Shown one piece after another: positions 25,311 through 37,921 of a stretch of DNA of 64,000 bases. The DNA is from Eledone cirrhosa (Eukaryota). The notes beneath the pieces are model-generated. The model ran no database searches, was not told where the DNA came from, and worked only from the letters and a program-made list of their open reading frames with translations. A program made the translations under genes and the position numbers. Each line of letters starts with the position of its first letter. The first letter of the stretch is position 1. The DNA lies in contig OZ024758.1 in assembly GCA_964016885.1 (NCBI GenBank), positions 10,788,001 to 10,852,000 on the forward strand, written 5' to 3'.

Positions 25311-25509
25311 CTATTATGGTAGCAGTCGGATTCTGACCTGACCACAGGTCTCGTGTCAGTGTGTCTTCTACGGATATCATCATTTACTGTCATCAATTTT
25401 GTGAGCATTGCAAATATCAAACCTTCGCCCTGTTATTTCTTAGTGGAGTCGTATTTTTGTGAAATAATATAACTCTTAGAGCAACCCCTCCCAGTATATT
25501 TCCATTCTA

Positions 25510-25700
25510 ATAATTGTTTCTACTTTTGGCACAAGGCCAGCAATTATCCAGTACATTACTGGTACTTTATTTTATCGACCCCGTAAGGATGAAAGGCAAA
25601 GTTAACCTCGGCGGGATTTGAACTCAGACCGTAAAGGGACGTAACTATGTTAGAAAGCATGGCGTCCAACACTCTACCGATACTGCCAATTCACCTGCCC
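25510..25700 (-). mobile_element. Full main SINE with 20-bp TSD
   Basis: TSD tatatttccattctaataat at 25495-25514 and 25701-25720. Confidence 0.92.
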
Positions 25701-26735
25701 TATATTTCCATTCTAATAATACAGCTAATAGAGGGATGACATCTTTCTTATTTTAAAACAACTACATGAGTTACTGTTGAGTTCATAACGAGAAAAATTT
25801 AGTACAGCATAAATTTGATTTCTTCTATAAAAACAAGCAAAGGAAAAATAAGGAGTTTTAGTTAGGAGTAACGAAACTGTCCCTGAATTTTGTCGCTCCA
25901 GTGTATGTCGTTTTGTATCTAAACTAGACATGGGAACAAAATACTAAAAGTTTCTGGTTTAGAATTGTTTTGGAGTACTTAGAAGACATGGTCCTGTTGG
26001 ATGGAGATCTCACATTACCCTTCTTTTATTAGGGGGCAGATGTACTAATACTGAGATATTGTAAATATGAACTTAAATGAAGTAACGAAGGCAAGACTTA
26101 TGAATGAATGAATTGGTGAATATGGGAATAAGAATACGAATGAAAGAATTAATTTTATTGGTGAACAGTTGAGCAAATAAATGTATGATAAAATATAGTG
26201 AAATGTGTGTGTGATTGGACAAACTTGTGAATGAAATTATGAGTGACTGAATAACAGATATGTAGATGAAACGGTGAGTATATGAACATTTGATAAATTT
26301 ATGAATGAATTGTACAACATAGAGAAACCTATATGTAGTTAATCACCTGCATTAAAATATGACAAGGTTACAATCAATTTATAGTCCTTCAGCTTATATC
26401 AACTTAACGAATCTCAACTATTAACATTAGTCGTCTCTTACCAATTCTTCATAACATATATAGAAATAAAAGCGTCCGCATACACGCATACATATATACG
26501 CTAATGGAAACAAACCAATAAATGTTTCTTAAGAATTTGTTTCAATAATAATCTAGCTACGTGTGAGTGTGTATTTGTATGTGGATCTATATGTATATAT
26601 ATGTACGTGTGACCGCAGGCGTGATTATAGATATTTTTCCTATATAGCATGCGAGAGTATGTTTACAAGTTTGTGCATGCTTTTGAATTTTGCCAATCGC
26701 ATGTTCTACATATTTATCAGTTAACGTATATGTGG

Positions 26736-26766
<31 letters not shown>

Positions 26767-27136
26767 TAGTTTGTTACTTTTCTACATTCGATATATATGT
26801 TTCATACACTGACTTCTCTAAACTTTCCTCTTGCTTTATCTTCATAAACTGCCAATGTTTCATTTTTATTTTTATTTTTATTTTTATTTTTATTTTTATC
26901 CTTTAACCTTTATATGTAAATTGCCATGCTATATCATTATGATGAATGTCATCCTACTGTGGGTAAATATATGCATATGTTTTTATATGTCTCTTGTGTT
27001 GAAAAAGAGGTCAAGTATGTTATAGATCACTAAATAGTTGCTCCGAAGAATCCAAACCTCGGTTTGGAGGAAACAATTGTAAGCAAATAAATGATTTAAA
27101 CTGAACTTTGATTATTGTAATCTCTCTCTCTCTCTC

Positions 27137-27171
<35 letters not shown>

Positions 27172-27174
27172 GAC

Positions 27175-27360
27175 CATATGTGTGTGAGTGTTGGTACATT
27201 TGTTTGTCTGTGCACAGCTGTGAATAAATATGCGTTAGAGCGTAACACACACCCATTATATATATATATATATATATAATGGGTGTTTGTTACGGTCTAA
27301 CGCATAATTATTCACAGCTGTGCACAGACAAACAAATGTACCAACACTCACACACATATG
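27175..27360. repeat. 186-bp near-perfect palindrome centred on (TA)n
   Basis: catatgtgtgtgagtgttggtac...cccatta(ta)n taatggg...gtaccaacactcacacacatatg, about 3 mismatches. Confidence 0.9.
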
Positions 27361-27672
27361 TTCACTCAAAATATACAAGGATCATTTCCCTTTCAAAACC
27401 TATCTAAGATGTCCACTGACCACCATTTTCACCAAAATGGTTGACTGGAAACGTGTTTCTTCCTCTTCACACTTCTTATCTTTCTATTTCTTTTATTTCT
27501 CGTTCTGATAAGGGGACAATGTCCAAAATGTTAAGAGACTCTTTTGCTACTATATCAAGCGTTAAACTATTATATTTTTTCATTGTAATGTTTGCTTTGT
27601 TTCCGTTTACTTTTCGCGCACACAGGCTCACACATACACACACATATATATATATATATATTTATATACATA

Positions 27673-27689
27673 TATGTGCATGTGTACAT

Positions 27690-27720
<31 letters not shown>

Positions 27721-27835
27721 GTGCATGTGTACATTATGTATATATATATATATAAATGTGCATGTGTACATTATGTATATATATATATATAAATGTGCAT
27801 GTGTACATTATATGTATATATATATATATATATAT
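27673..27835 (+). repeat. About 4 tandem units of tgtgcatgtgtacattat(at)n
   Basis: Directly visible. Confidence 0.85.
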
Positions 27836-28500
27836 ATGTATGTCCTTACTCTCTACAGAAACTAAGTGAAATGGAAGGTAATCACCTGAAACGTTTTCGT
27901 GAATCAGACCCACGAGATATAAGTAGTTTCACACCGATAGTTCACTAAGATGGCGACAGATAACGAACTTTCAACGTTTAACTTATTGTTCGGCAAACCA
28001 ACATTACCACACCCTTAATATTAACAAACATACGTTATTAATGTATAGATAGATAAACGCATCAACGCGTACGTAATCGATGTGCCTATGTATTTTATTC
28101 TACACATGTCCCTTCCACTCTCTCACTCGTTCTTTTATTTACGAACATATATAGAAGCAATCGAGCAACAGGTCGAGCAACAGGTCGAGGATTCAATATG
28201 TGACAGCAGTCAATAATTTTTTCTATTACTCTATGACAAATGTGACATAAAAGTATTCAACATTAGATCGCCATTTCAGACAGGCAGACTGACGAGGTGA
28301 TATACGGCTGAAACATGAATCCCTACCAACAAGTTTAGTCGCTCTGAAATTAAGTACGTCGCTTAGCCATAAATACAAATATCAGGAAATTTCTAAATAT
28401 ATTAAACTTTATAATATGCGTGTCGGTTTGTGTGTAGTTGTGTGTGCCTGTGTGTATATTTGTGAGTGGAGAGTACATTTTTATATACGTCTCCTTCCAT

Positions 28501-28610
28501 ATAATTGTTTCTACGTTTGGCACAAGGCCAGCAATTACCCAGTTACATTACTGGTACTTTATTTTATCAACCACGTAAGGATGAAAGGCAAAGTTAACCT
28601 CGGCGGGATT
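28501..28610 (-). mobile_element. 5'-truncated main SINE
   Basis: Consensus 3' half. Confidence 0.85.
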
Positions 28611-28873
28611 ATAATGTTTTCATGTACATATTTTTACCTCTTCTATTCTCTATTTACTGACTGCCAAATTCCGACTGAAACCTATTTCATCTTTTCAAAT
28701 AATAGTTACATTGTCCAACAATAATATTCTTTTGTTCAACTCTCTTCAAACAAGCCTTTGTTATCATATTTTAAATTCTATTTTTTCTTCCAATTTAATT
28801 AATCATCTGGAGATCAAAAGCAAGAAACCCGAAGTCATGATTAGTGAGAATTCGGCTTCCAATGTGCGCGCGC

Positions 28874-28940
<67 letters not shown>

Positions 28941-28950
28941 ATGTATAGAG

Positions 28951-29062
28951 GAGCTCTGGCGTCGGGGTTATACTTTTTCCTATTTCCCACTCTACTACCC
29001 TAAGTATTGAGTACTCTGGTGCGTTATGATCCATCTGGTTCCTTACCACAATTCCTTTGTTA
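28951..29062 (+). mobile_element. Family A element, truncated (no inverted arm)
   Basis: gagctctggcgtcggggttatactttttcc plus conserved tail, ending in (TA)n. Confidence 0.8.
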
Positions 29063-29158
29063 TATATATATATATACACACGTACACATATATACATAAA
29101 TACAAATACATACATAAATACAAATACATACATAAAGATACATATATACACACACACG

Positions 29159-29234
<76 letters not shown>

Positions 29235-29800
29235 AGAGGCAAGTAATATTAATATTCAACTGACTACTCTAATATACAAACGATGTACTACAGTGATATT
29301 AAAATATTAATATTTTATATATACACAGTTGTGTTAACTCGTAGAAATATTTTAATCTTTATTTTGTCCATAAGCTTTCAGAAACTATTACTTTCTATCC
29401 ATTCTTACTAAGTTAGAACCCCTGATGATGATGATGAGAAAACCCATGAAAATCTTTCTATGAGTTCTCGAAACGATTTAAGCTTGAACGTCACATTTAC
29501 AAATATCAGACTACATTTGGTTTCTTAATCATATAAATTCAACATTCCAGTAATTCTTGATTTGTTGAAATTGTTTCCCATTCTCTAACAGCAGCCGATA
29601 AGTTTTTATTTCTCTCCTCTGGCTGTGAACGCAGTTTCAATAACTTTGAAATCATTTGTTTACGGCATTCAATACACATGCCTACAATATATAAATGAAA
29701 TACCTATGATAGTTGGAAGATCACTGACGAAGGACAAACTTTTTTCATATGTAACCCATTTGCAACTCCGCAGCGCCCTTATTATCATATTTACACATAT

Positions 29801-29989
29801 ATAATTGTTTCTACTTTAGGCACAAGGCCAGCAATTACCAGTGCATTACTGGTACTTTATTTTATCGACCCCGTAAGGATGAAAGGCAAAGTCAACCTCG
29901 GCGGGATTTGAACTCAGATGGTAAAGGGACGTAACTATGCTGGAAAGCATGGCGTCCGACCCTCTACCGATACTGCCAATCCACCGCCC
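29801..29989 (-). mobile_element. Full main SINE with ~23-bp TSD
   Basis: TSD ttatcatatttacacatatataa at 29782-29804 and 29990-30012. Confidence 0.92.
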
Positions 29990-30106
29990 TTATCATATTT
30001 ACACATATATAAATATATATATATACATATTATATATATAAATATAAATATATAATATATATATATATCATATATATATATATAATATTTATATATATAT
30101 ATATAA

Positions 30107-30151
<45 letters not shown>

Positions 30152-30258
30152 TATATATATATAATATATATATATATATAAATATATATATATAATATAT
30201 ATATATATAATATATATATATAATATATATATATATAATATATATATATATAATATAT

Positions 30259-30573
30259 ATTAATCAGTATACACTGAGGATGAAACACTCAGAGCTGTAT
30301 GGGAGCCTCCCAAAAGTCAGCTCAAAAGTGACACAGAGGAGACGGAGGTTGGCTGGACATGCTCACCGACATCCAGAGTTGACATTGCATTCAGTGCTCC
30401 TGTGGGAGCCCCTACGTGGACACACTGGAAGATGTAGACCAAGGTTAACGTATGTTGATGCCCTAAGGACAGACACTGGTCTCTTGGTGACGCAGGACAT
30501 GGCAGCGATAATGAGAGACAGAGACCCGCTGGAGAGAATCGTCCATGGATCTCGGGAATTTTACCCGCACTAG
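30259..30573 (+). mobile_element. 5'-truncated RTE/RTEX LINE 3' end, same family as 9406-9784
   Basis: MKHSELYGSLPKVSSKVTQRR..LAGHAHRHPEL...GSREFYPH; lies inside a TA tract. Confidence 0.85.
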
Positions 30574-30598
30574 AAAAAAAAATATATATATATATATA

Positions 30599-30791
30599 TA
30601 ACGAAGGAAATGTGGTAAGGAACCAGGTGGACCATAACGCACCAAAGTACTCAATACTTAGGGTAGTAGAGTGGGTAATAGGAACGAGTAGGACCCCGAC
30701 GTCTGAGCTCAAGCCGCTTCGACGGCTAATTCTGGACTCCAGAATTAGCCGTCGAAACGGCTTGAGCTCAGCCGTCGGGGTCCTACTCGTT

Positions 30792-30796
<5 letters not shown>
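30599..30796 (-). mobile_element. Family A fold-back element
   Basis: Tail 30599-30677; hairpin 30678-30796 centred at 30737; (TA)n both sides. Confidence 0.85.
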
Positions 30797-30837
<41 letters not shown>

Positions 30838-31120
30838 GACAGACAGTAATCCATTTCGTGTATGTATATATATATATATCGTCTATCTTCGTTATTTACG
30901 CTCTTGTTAATCCTCGACTTGGTTACTATGAGGAATGAAGACATATTTATTGTTTACACGAAATATTTATCATTTACAGAAATTAGCCTCAACGTCGTTT
31001 TTCTTGTATTTTGTCCTCATTTAATTTTTTCCCTTCATTTAATCTGCCATAAGGACACTTCTGATTTGCAGAATTTCCTTGTATAATGTCTAATGACTCT
31101 GAATCGATTAATAGCTAACA

Positions 31121-31505
31121 TTTGGCACTATCGGAAGAGGGTCGGACGTCATGCTTTGACTCATAGTTACGGCCCTTTCCATTCTGAGTTCAAATCCCGC
31201 CGAGCTCAACTTTGCTTTTCATCCTTACGGGGTCGATAAAATAAAGTACCAGTAATACACTGGGTGTTTTGCTGGCCTTGTGCCAAAAGTAGAAACAATT
31301 ATCTACTTATATAAGGGTGGTGGATGTGGCAGTATCGGTAGAGGGTCTGACGCCATGCTTTGCAGCAAAGAATTACGGCCCTTTATGATCTGAGTTCAAA
31401 TCCCGCCGAGGTTAACTTTGCCTTTCACCCTTATGGGGTCGATAAAATAAAGTACCAGTAGTACACTGAGATAATTGCTGGCCTTGTGCCAAAAGTAGAA
31501 ACAAA
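31121..31505 (+). mobile_element. Two main SINEs (31121-31301, 31315-31505); the second is inserted at the tail of the first
   Basis: TSD tatctacttatat at 31300-31312 and 31506-31518. Confidence 0.88.
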
Positions 31506-32425
31506 TATCTACTTATATTTATGAATTTAAAAACAAAATTAAGGGGAAATACATCACACACATTATATACGCACACGGATATACTGTATTATGTATGTTT
31601 ATGCCCCCCCCCCCCCCCCCCGCGCCCATATATATAAATTTCTATCAACTGATTAAAAATATCGGCAATTGATACTGAATAGGAAATCCAAATAAGGTCA
31701 TGTGACTTCAAAGGAGAACACTAAACAAATATTTGTTCATTTTGCTGAAGAAAATATCTAGTTGTAGTATAATCTCCAGGTTTATTAATTATAGTAGAAA
31801 GTATACTAGGTCCCTTAACTATTGATGGAGTCGTAGACACGCCGTATGGATGTTTTTGAATATTTAAACCTGGTGAAGCTCATCCCTCTCTTGGTCTGAA
31901 CTAAACTGAGTTTTCCAGAGAGAGAGAGGATGCGAGAAAGATATTTAGAGGAAAGATCTACCCCAGTGCAGGACTAGTACTTAATTTATCGAACTCTAAA
32001 GAATGGAAAAGCAAAGTTGACTTCGCCAAGATTTGAACTAAATACTGCAAAGCAAAGCATTGTATCCAACGTTTTAATGAATCTGCCAATCCGCCGAGTT
32101 GATACTCGTGTTATTTTGTCGAGTCTAAATGAAGTTCTACAACGATCAATGCAAGTAGGAAAATGATATCTAAAGGAGATTTAAGGAGACATAAGAATAC
32201 TTCAATACATTTATCCGCCAATCTATTGATTCAACCGAGTTTTATAGTGAATAAAAGTTGGATTTCTGATATAGTGAAACACCACCACAAATCCTGAGAA
32301 GTTTTAATCAATTATATTTATTCCCAGGGACACCTTCGCTGGTTCGAAACTGTCAAAGCCTACTCGATGAACTGAGCCTGAAATTAAAAGATCCATCTTT
32401 TGACCAACATGTATTCACTCATATT

Positions 32426-32576
32426 CAAATTATGGTGCGCTTTCATCAGATAAAATACAGATTTGTTTTATAAATAAATAAGCTCCAACCGTTAAGGTTG
32501 TTTTTTTTCCGGGTATGTCAATATTTATTTATAAAACAAATCTGTATTTTATCTGATGAAAGGGCACCATAATTTG
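32426..32576. repeat. 55-bp inverted repeat (32426-32480 / 32522-32576, 1 mismatch) overlapping a hammerhead
   Basis: Directly visible. Confidence 0.85.
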
Positions 32577-32610
32577 CCTTGGTTGCCCTTGAAATATATA
32601 TAATAAAATA
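32545..32610 (+). ncRNA. Minimal type-I hammerhead ribozyme
   Basis: TATTTTAT-CTGATGA-AAGGGCA(...)TGCCCTT-GAAA-TATATA-T-A-ATAAAATA: 8-bp stem I, 7-bp stem II, palindromic loop III. Confidence 0.82.
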
Positions 32611-32648
32611 AATATGGTTTTATAAATATAGTTTCCATTTATTAATAT

Positions 32649-32707
<59 letters not shown>

Positions 32708-32924
32708 AAAGTATGTGTGTAGAATTGTGTATACTGTGTATGTATATAACTAAATAATGTAGTGATTGATGTTGCTGTCACAAATAGCTCATAAATAAAC
32801 AAATATTGGCGAAAAGAAACGATTCTCACGGGGAGGGGGTGGGGGAGTGGGGGTAAATCTGGCTTATGGCTTTTCCTTTTAGATTCGATGATTTATGCTT
32901 CATATCTGCATGTATAGCTATGAT

Positions 32925-33244
32925 ACATATATACATTTTACACACACACACAATTACACACACACAATTACACACACACACATATATATATATACACACA
33001 CATGTATATATATATATATATACACACACATGTATATATATATATATATATTTACACACACACACACTTACATATATATATACATATATATATATACACA
33101 CACACATGCACACACACATATATACACACATGTATATATATATGTGTATATATATGTGTGTGTGTGTGTATGTGTATATATGTGTGTGTATATATGTGTG
33201 TGGATATGTGTGTGCGTGTATATGTGTGTGCGTGTATATATATA

Positions 33245-33277
<33 letters not shown>

Positions 33278-33402
33278 GTGTGTGTGTATACATATATATA
33301 TGTGTATGTGTGTGTGTGTATATATATATATATGTGTATGTGTGTGTGTGTATATATATATATATGTGTATGTGTGTGTGTGTATATATATATATATGTG
33401 TA

Positions 33403-33433
<31 letters not shown>

Positions 33434-33518
33434 GTGTATGTGTGTGTGTATATATATATATATATGTGTGTATACGTATATATATATATATATATGTGTG
33501 TATATATATATAAATATA

Positions 33519-33567
<49 letters not shown>

Positions 33568-33648
33568 AATTTTGTATATGTGAATTGAGTAAAGAGAAGA
33601 GAAACATATCGTATACAGAAAGGAATCAATCTTCATAGCAGATTTACA

Positions 33649-33715
<67 letters not shown>
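32925..33715. repeat. Long compound (CA)/(TA)/(TG) microsatellite
   Basis: Directly visible; source of the long spurious ORFs. Confidence 0.95.
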
Positions 33716-33956
33716 AGAGGACCATGTCTGCTGCGCGTGAATGTGTGTGTATGCATGCTTGCGTGTGGGCTGTAAAGAGAATTTTATTCCAGTACACTTA
33801 TAAATTAATATGTTACGTTTAATGTTGTCTCTATATAAACTTATTTAGATATATTGAGGGATAAATATTACATTTTATTGCTATACATTCTCGTTATCAC
33901 GTGAATAATCTTGTATTTAAAACACCTTAATTTATAATATAATAGCAACATACCGC

Positions 33957-33993
33957 CTCTCTCTCACTTTCTCTTTATCTCTCAATTTCTCTG

Positions 33994-34024
<31 letters not shown>

Positions 34025-35039
34025 TTCTCTTTCTTTTATCTCTTTCTCTGTCTCTTTATCTCTTTCTCTGTCTCTTTATCTCTTTCTCTGTCTCTTTATC
34101 TCTTTCTGTCTCTTTCTCTCTTTCTCTCTTTCTCTCTTTCTCTCTCTCTTTATCTCTTTCTCTGTCTCTTTCTCTTTATCTCTTTCGCTCTCCTGTCTCT
34201 CTCTTTCCCTCTCCTGTCTCTCTCTTTCTCTCTCCTGTCTCTCTCTTTCCCTCTCCTGTCTCTCTCTTTCTCTCTCCTGTCTCTCTCTTTCTCTCTCCTG
34301 TCTCTCTCCTGTCTCTCTCTTTCTCTCTCCTGTCTCTCTCTTTCCCTCTCCTGTCTCTCTCCTGTCTCTCTCTTTCTCTCTCCTGTCTCTCTCCTGTCTC
34401 TCTCTTTCCCTCTCCTGTCTCTCTCCTGTCTCTCTCTTTCTCTCTCCTGTCTCTCTCTTTCTCTCTCCTGTCTCTCTCCTGTCTCTCTCTTTCTCTCTCC
34501 TGTCTCTCTCTTTCCCTCTCCTGTCTCTCTCCTGTCTCTCTCTTTCTTTCTCCTGTCTCTCTCTTTCTCTCTCCTGTCTCTCTCCTGTCTCTCTCTTTCT
34601 CTCTCTTTCTCTCTCCTGTCTCTCTCTTTCCCTCTCCTGTCTCTCTCCTGTCTCTCTCTTTCTCTCTCCTGTCTCTCTCTTTCTCTCTCCTGTCTCTCTC
34701 TTTCTCTCTCCTGTCTCTCTCTTTCTCTCTCCTGTCTCTCTCTTTCTCTCTCCTGTCTCTCTCTTTCCCTCTCCTGTCTCTCCCTTTCCCTCTCCTGTCT
34801 TTCTCCTGTCTCTCTCTTTCTCTCTCCTGTCTCTCTCTTTCTTTCTCCTGTCTCTCTCTTTCTTTCTCCTGTCTCTCTCTTTCTCTCTCCTGTCTCTCTC
34901 CTGTCTCTCACTTTCTCTCTCCTGTCTCTCTCTTTCTCTCTCCTGTCTCTTTCGCTCTCGTGTCTCTCTCTTGCGCTCTCTCTTTCGCTCTCCTGTCTCT
35001 CTCCTGTCTCTCTCCTGTCTCTCTCCTGTCTCTCTCTTT
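33957..35039 (+). repeat. ~1.1-kb polypyrimidine minisatellite built from 12- and 21-bp units (ctctcctgtctc / tctctcctgtctctctctttc)
   Basis: Directly visible; almost no A on the + strand after ~34180. Confidence 0.92.
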
Positions 35040-35091
35040 ATTCCTCGACTTCTTTACTGCCTGCTACAGCAGCAAAGTGCACTCTAACTAT

Positions 35092-35130
<39 letters not shown>

Positions 35131-35436
35131 TATACATATATATATATATATAAAATGTACTTTCAGTTATTTGTATGAACTCTGAAATGTGTATTTGTTG
35201 TTTGTATATGTCCTCTTATAACGTGTTTCTTTCATTTAAAACATGAATAATAATAATTTCCAGGATATTGATCTATATTTTTAATGTGATTAGTGTAGGA
35301 TTTGTATGTTTTTATTCCCGTTTTTGTTTTTATATACTTTTATTTTTATTTTCACTTCGTTTTGCTGATTGAAATTACAAAAGTAACATCACAGAGGGAA
35401 ACATATGAAAGTTCATTTCATCAACGATGTAAAATG

Positions 35437-36014
35437 TAATTGTTTCTACTTTAGGCACAAGGCCAGCAATTACCCAATGCATTACTGGTACTTTATTTTA
35501 TCGACCCCGTAAGGATGAAAGGAAAAGTCAACCTCAGCGGGATTTGAACTCAGATCGTAAAGGGACGTAACTATGCTGGAAAGCATGGCGTCCGACCCTC
35601 TACCGATACTGCCAATCCACCGCCCTATATAATAATTGTTTCTACTTTAGGCACAAGGCCAGCAATTATCCAGTGCATTACTGGTACTTTATTTTATCGA
35701 CCCCGTAAGGATGAAAGGCAAAGTCAACCTCAGCGGGATTTGAACTCAGATCGTAAAGGGACGTAACTATGCTGGAAAGCATGGCGTCCGACCCTCTACC
35801 GATACTGCCAATCCACCGCCCTATATAATAATTGTTTCTACTTTAGGCACAAGGCCAGCAATTATCCAGTGCATTACTGGTACTTTATTTTATCGACCCC
35901 GTAAGGATGAAAGGCAAAGTCAACCTCAGCGGGATTTGAACTCAGATCGTAAAGGGACGTAACTATGCTGGAAAGCATGGCGTCCGACCCTCTACCGATA
36001 CTGCCAATCCACCG
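35437..36014 (-). mobile_element. Three head-to-tail near-identical main SINEs (period ~196 bp)
   Basis: 35437-35625, 35631-35821, 35827-36014; tatataa spacers; shared variants ctcagcggg and gatcgtaaag. Confidence 0.93.
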
Positions 36015-36267
36015 GTAATAAATGTCCTTAAGCAGTTTTATTTTTTTTCCTTTTTTTTTTCTTTCTACCAAAAATTTATTTCTATGATTTAACAACTGAT
36101 ACTGTGTGTGTGTGTGTGGGGGGGGGAGGGGGGGGGGGGGGGGGGTTAATCACTTAATTATATCCTTTAATAATTTTGGTAGAGAACCCAACAACGTTAT
36201 CATTCCCCCAGAGTCTACGTTATTCTATTTTCATACTTATTTCAACATTATTTTTTTTCTATTTCAA

Positions 36268-36457
36268 GGGCGGTGGATTGGCAGTATCGGTAGAGGGTCG
36301 GACGCCATGCTTTGCAGCACAGTTACGTCCCTTTACGGACTGAGTTCAAATCCCGCCGAGGTTAACTTTGCCTTTCATCCTTACGGGGTAGATAAAATAA
36401 AGTACCAGTAATACGCTGGGATAATTGCTGGCCTTGTGCCAAAAAGTAGAAACAGTT
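36268..36457 (+). mobile_element. Full main SINE
   Basis: TSD tta(t)n ctatttca at 36248-36266 and 36456-36472. Confidence 0.92.
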
Positions 36458-36796
36458 ATTTTTTCTATTTCATATATGTAGATAATCGTTAATTAAAAAT
36501 TTAATTTATCAATTCATTTATTAGAGAGAAAATATATGATTAATTTTCAATAGTATTAAGTGTATTGACTTTAAAATTATTATGGTTCTTTCGAAATGTA
36601 ATTACAAAATATATAATTCTATAATAAGAAACTTATTTCCTTTAATATTGTTAGTATTCGGAATCATACATAATTTCTATACAACTAAATACTAGGATTG
36701 ACTGATCTTTTCTTTCTTTGTACTGGTCACCATTGAGACTACCGGTGTCCTTGGTCCCTGGCTTGCCGTTTTATTTCGCCAAATTGGGCGTTTTGG

Positions 36797-37274
36797 AATT
36801 TTAAGGTCCTGAGTTCGATTCTTTTGCGGGGATCTTGGGCAAGTCTTATTTACTATAGCCTGGAGTTCACACCTGAATTATGGAGTTTCCATACAGCACC
36901 AGAATCACGGAGCTATATCTAGCAGGTAGCATCTGACCTCCTTTATTAGTTCCTTCTCTCTACCTGTAAGGGATATAACGTCCTATCACGATGTAACTTC
37001 CTAAGAAATTCGTTAATGGTGTGAATTAATGTGGAATGCTCTGCCACTTGCACACTACTTTGAAGATCAAGCTGTTCCGTTGTTCGAACACCTGAAACAC
37101 TCGGCGTTAGAAGCGACGGAGATCCAACACAGTCCATCTGACGAACTTCAAAACTGTTTTCGTTGACCCCAAATTTCACTCACAATGACAATGTTGGCGT
37201 GAAATCCCGGCTATGGTAACTGACATTTGCCCAAGAATCCCCACAGAAGAATCGAACCGAGGATCTTAAAATTC
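36797..37274. mobile_element. Decayed SINE heads in inverted orientation (36797-36865 +, 37207-37274 -) around another decayed SINE body
   Basis: gaattttaaggtcctgagttcgattctt..ggggatcttgggcaa...tatagcc versus ggctatggt...ttgcccaagaatcccc..gaagaatcgaacc.aggatcttaaaattc. Confidence 0.5.
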
Positions 37275-37921
37275 TCCCAAAACGAATTTCTTAGCCATTC
37301 AGCTCTATTTCGTCCAATTTATAATTAACGAATGACTAAATCAATCATGTTCAATTACGTTTCTTTGTTTGATTCCCAAAGAAAAACTGGATAAAAAAAT
37401 ATGAAAAGCAAGGAATTATAAATTTAAAAAAGATATTAATTAAAAATCAAGAACAAATAAAATACCCCTTCATTCATCAGAAACGAAACGTTTTTAAAAA
37501 TTATCTTTCGTGAGTAAATTGTTATATACACACATGCAGAACAAATTTCACCGAAAATAGATTTCTCACTTACGCCGACTGACATTAATAAAAACATATT
37601 TAAAAATGAATATAATGCTTCAGTAATTTGTGAATGTTGACTTCTGCAAAGATAAATATGTACTTATAATCAATACTACGATGTTTGATAAAGATAATAA
37701 TATTGACTGTATGGATAATTAATATACTTAGCACTAGAGCACTTTAATCACCATGTACAAGCAAAGCATATATACAGAGAAATATATATATATATAATTA
37801 TATATATATGAAGGTAAACAGAAAAGCAAACGTCACAGTACAATGAATAAATATATATATATAAAAAAAAAAATATATATATATACATACATATATATAT
37901 TTATGTGTGTGTGTGTGTACA

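Noticed and set aside
28285-28325. Hammerhead (CTGACGA...GAAACATG)
   Set aside because: Weak stem II and no stem I pairing
32826-33756. Overlapping 180-270-aa ORFs
   Set aside because: Pure dinucleotide microsatellite translations
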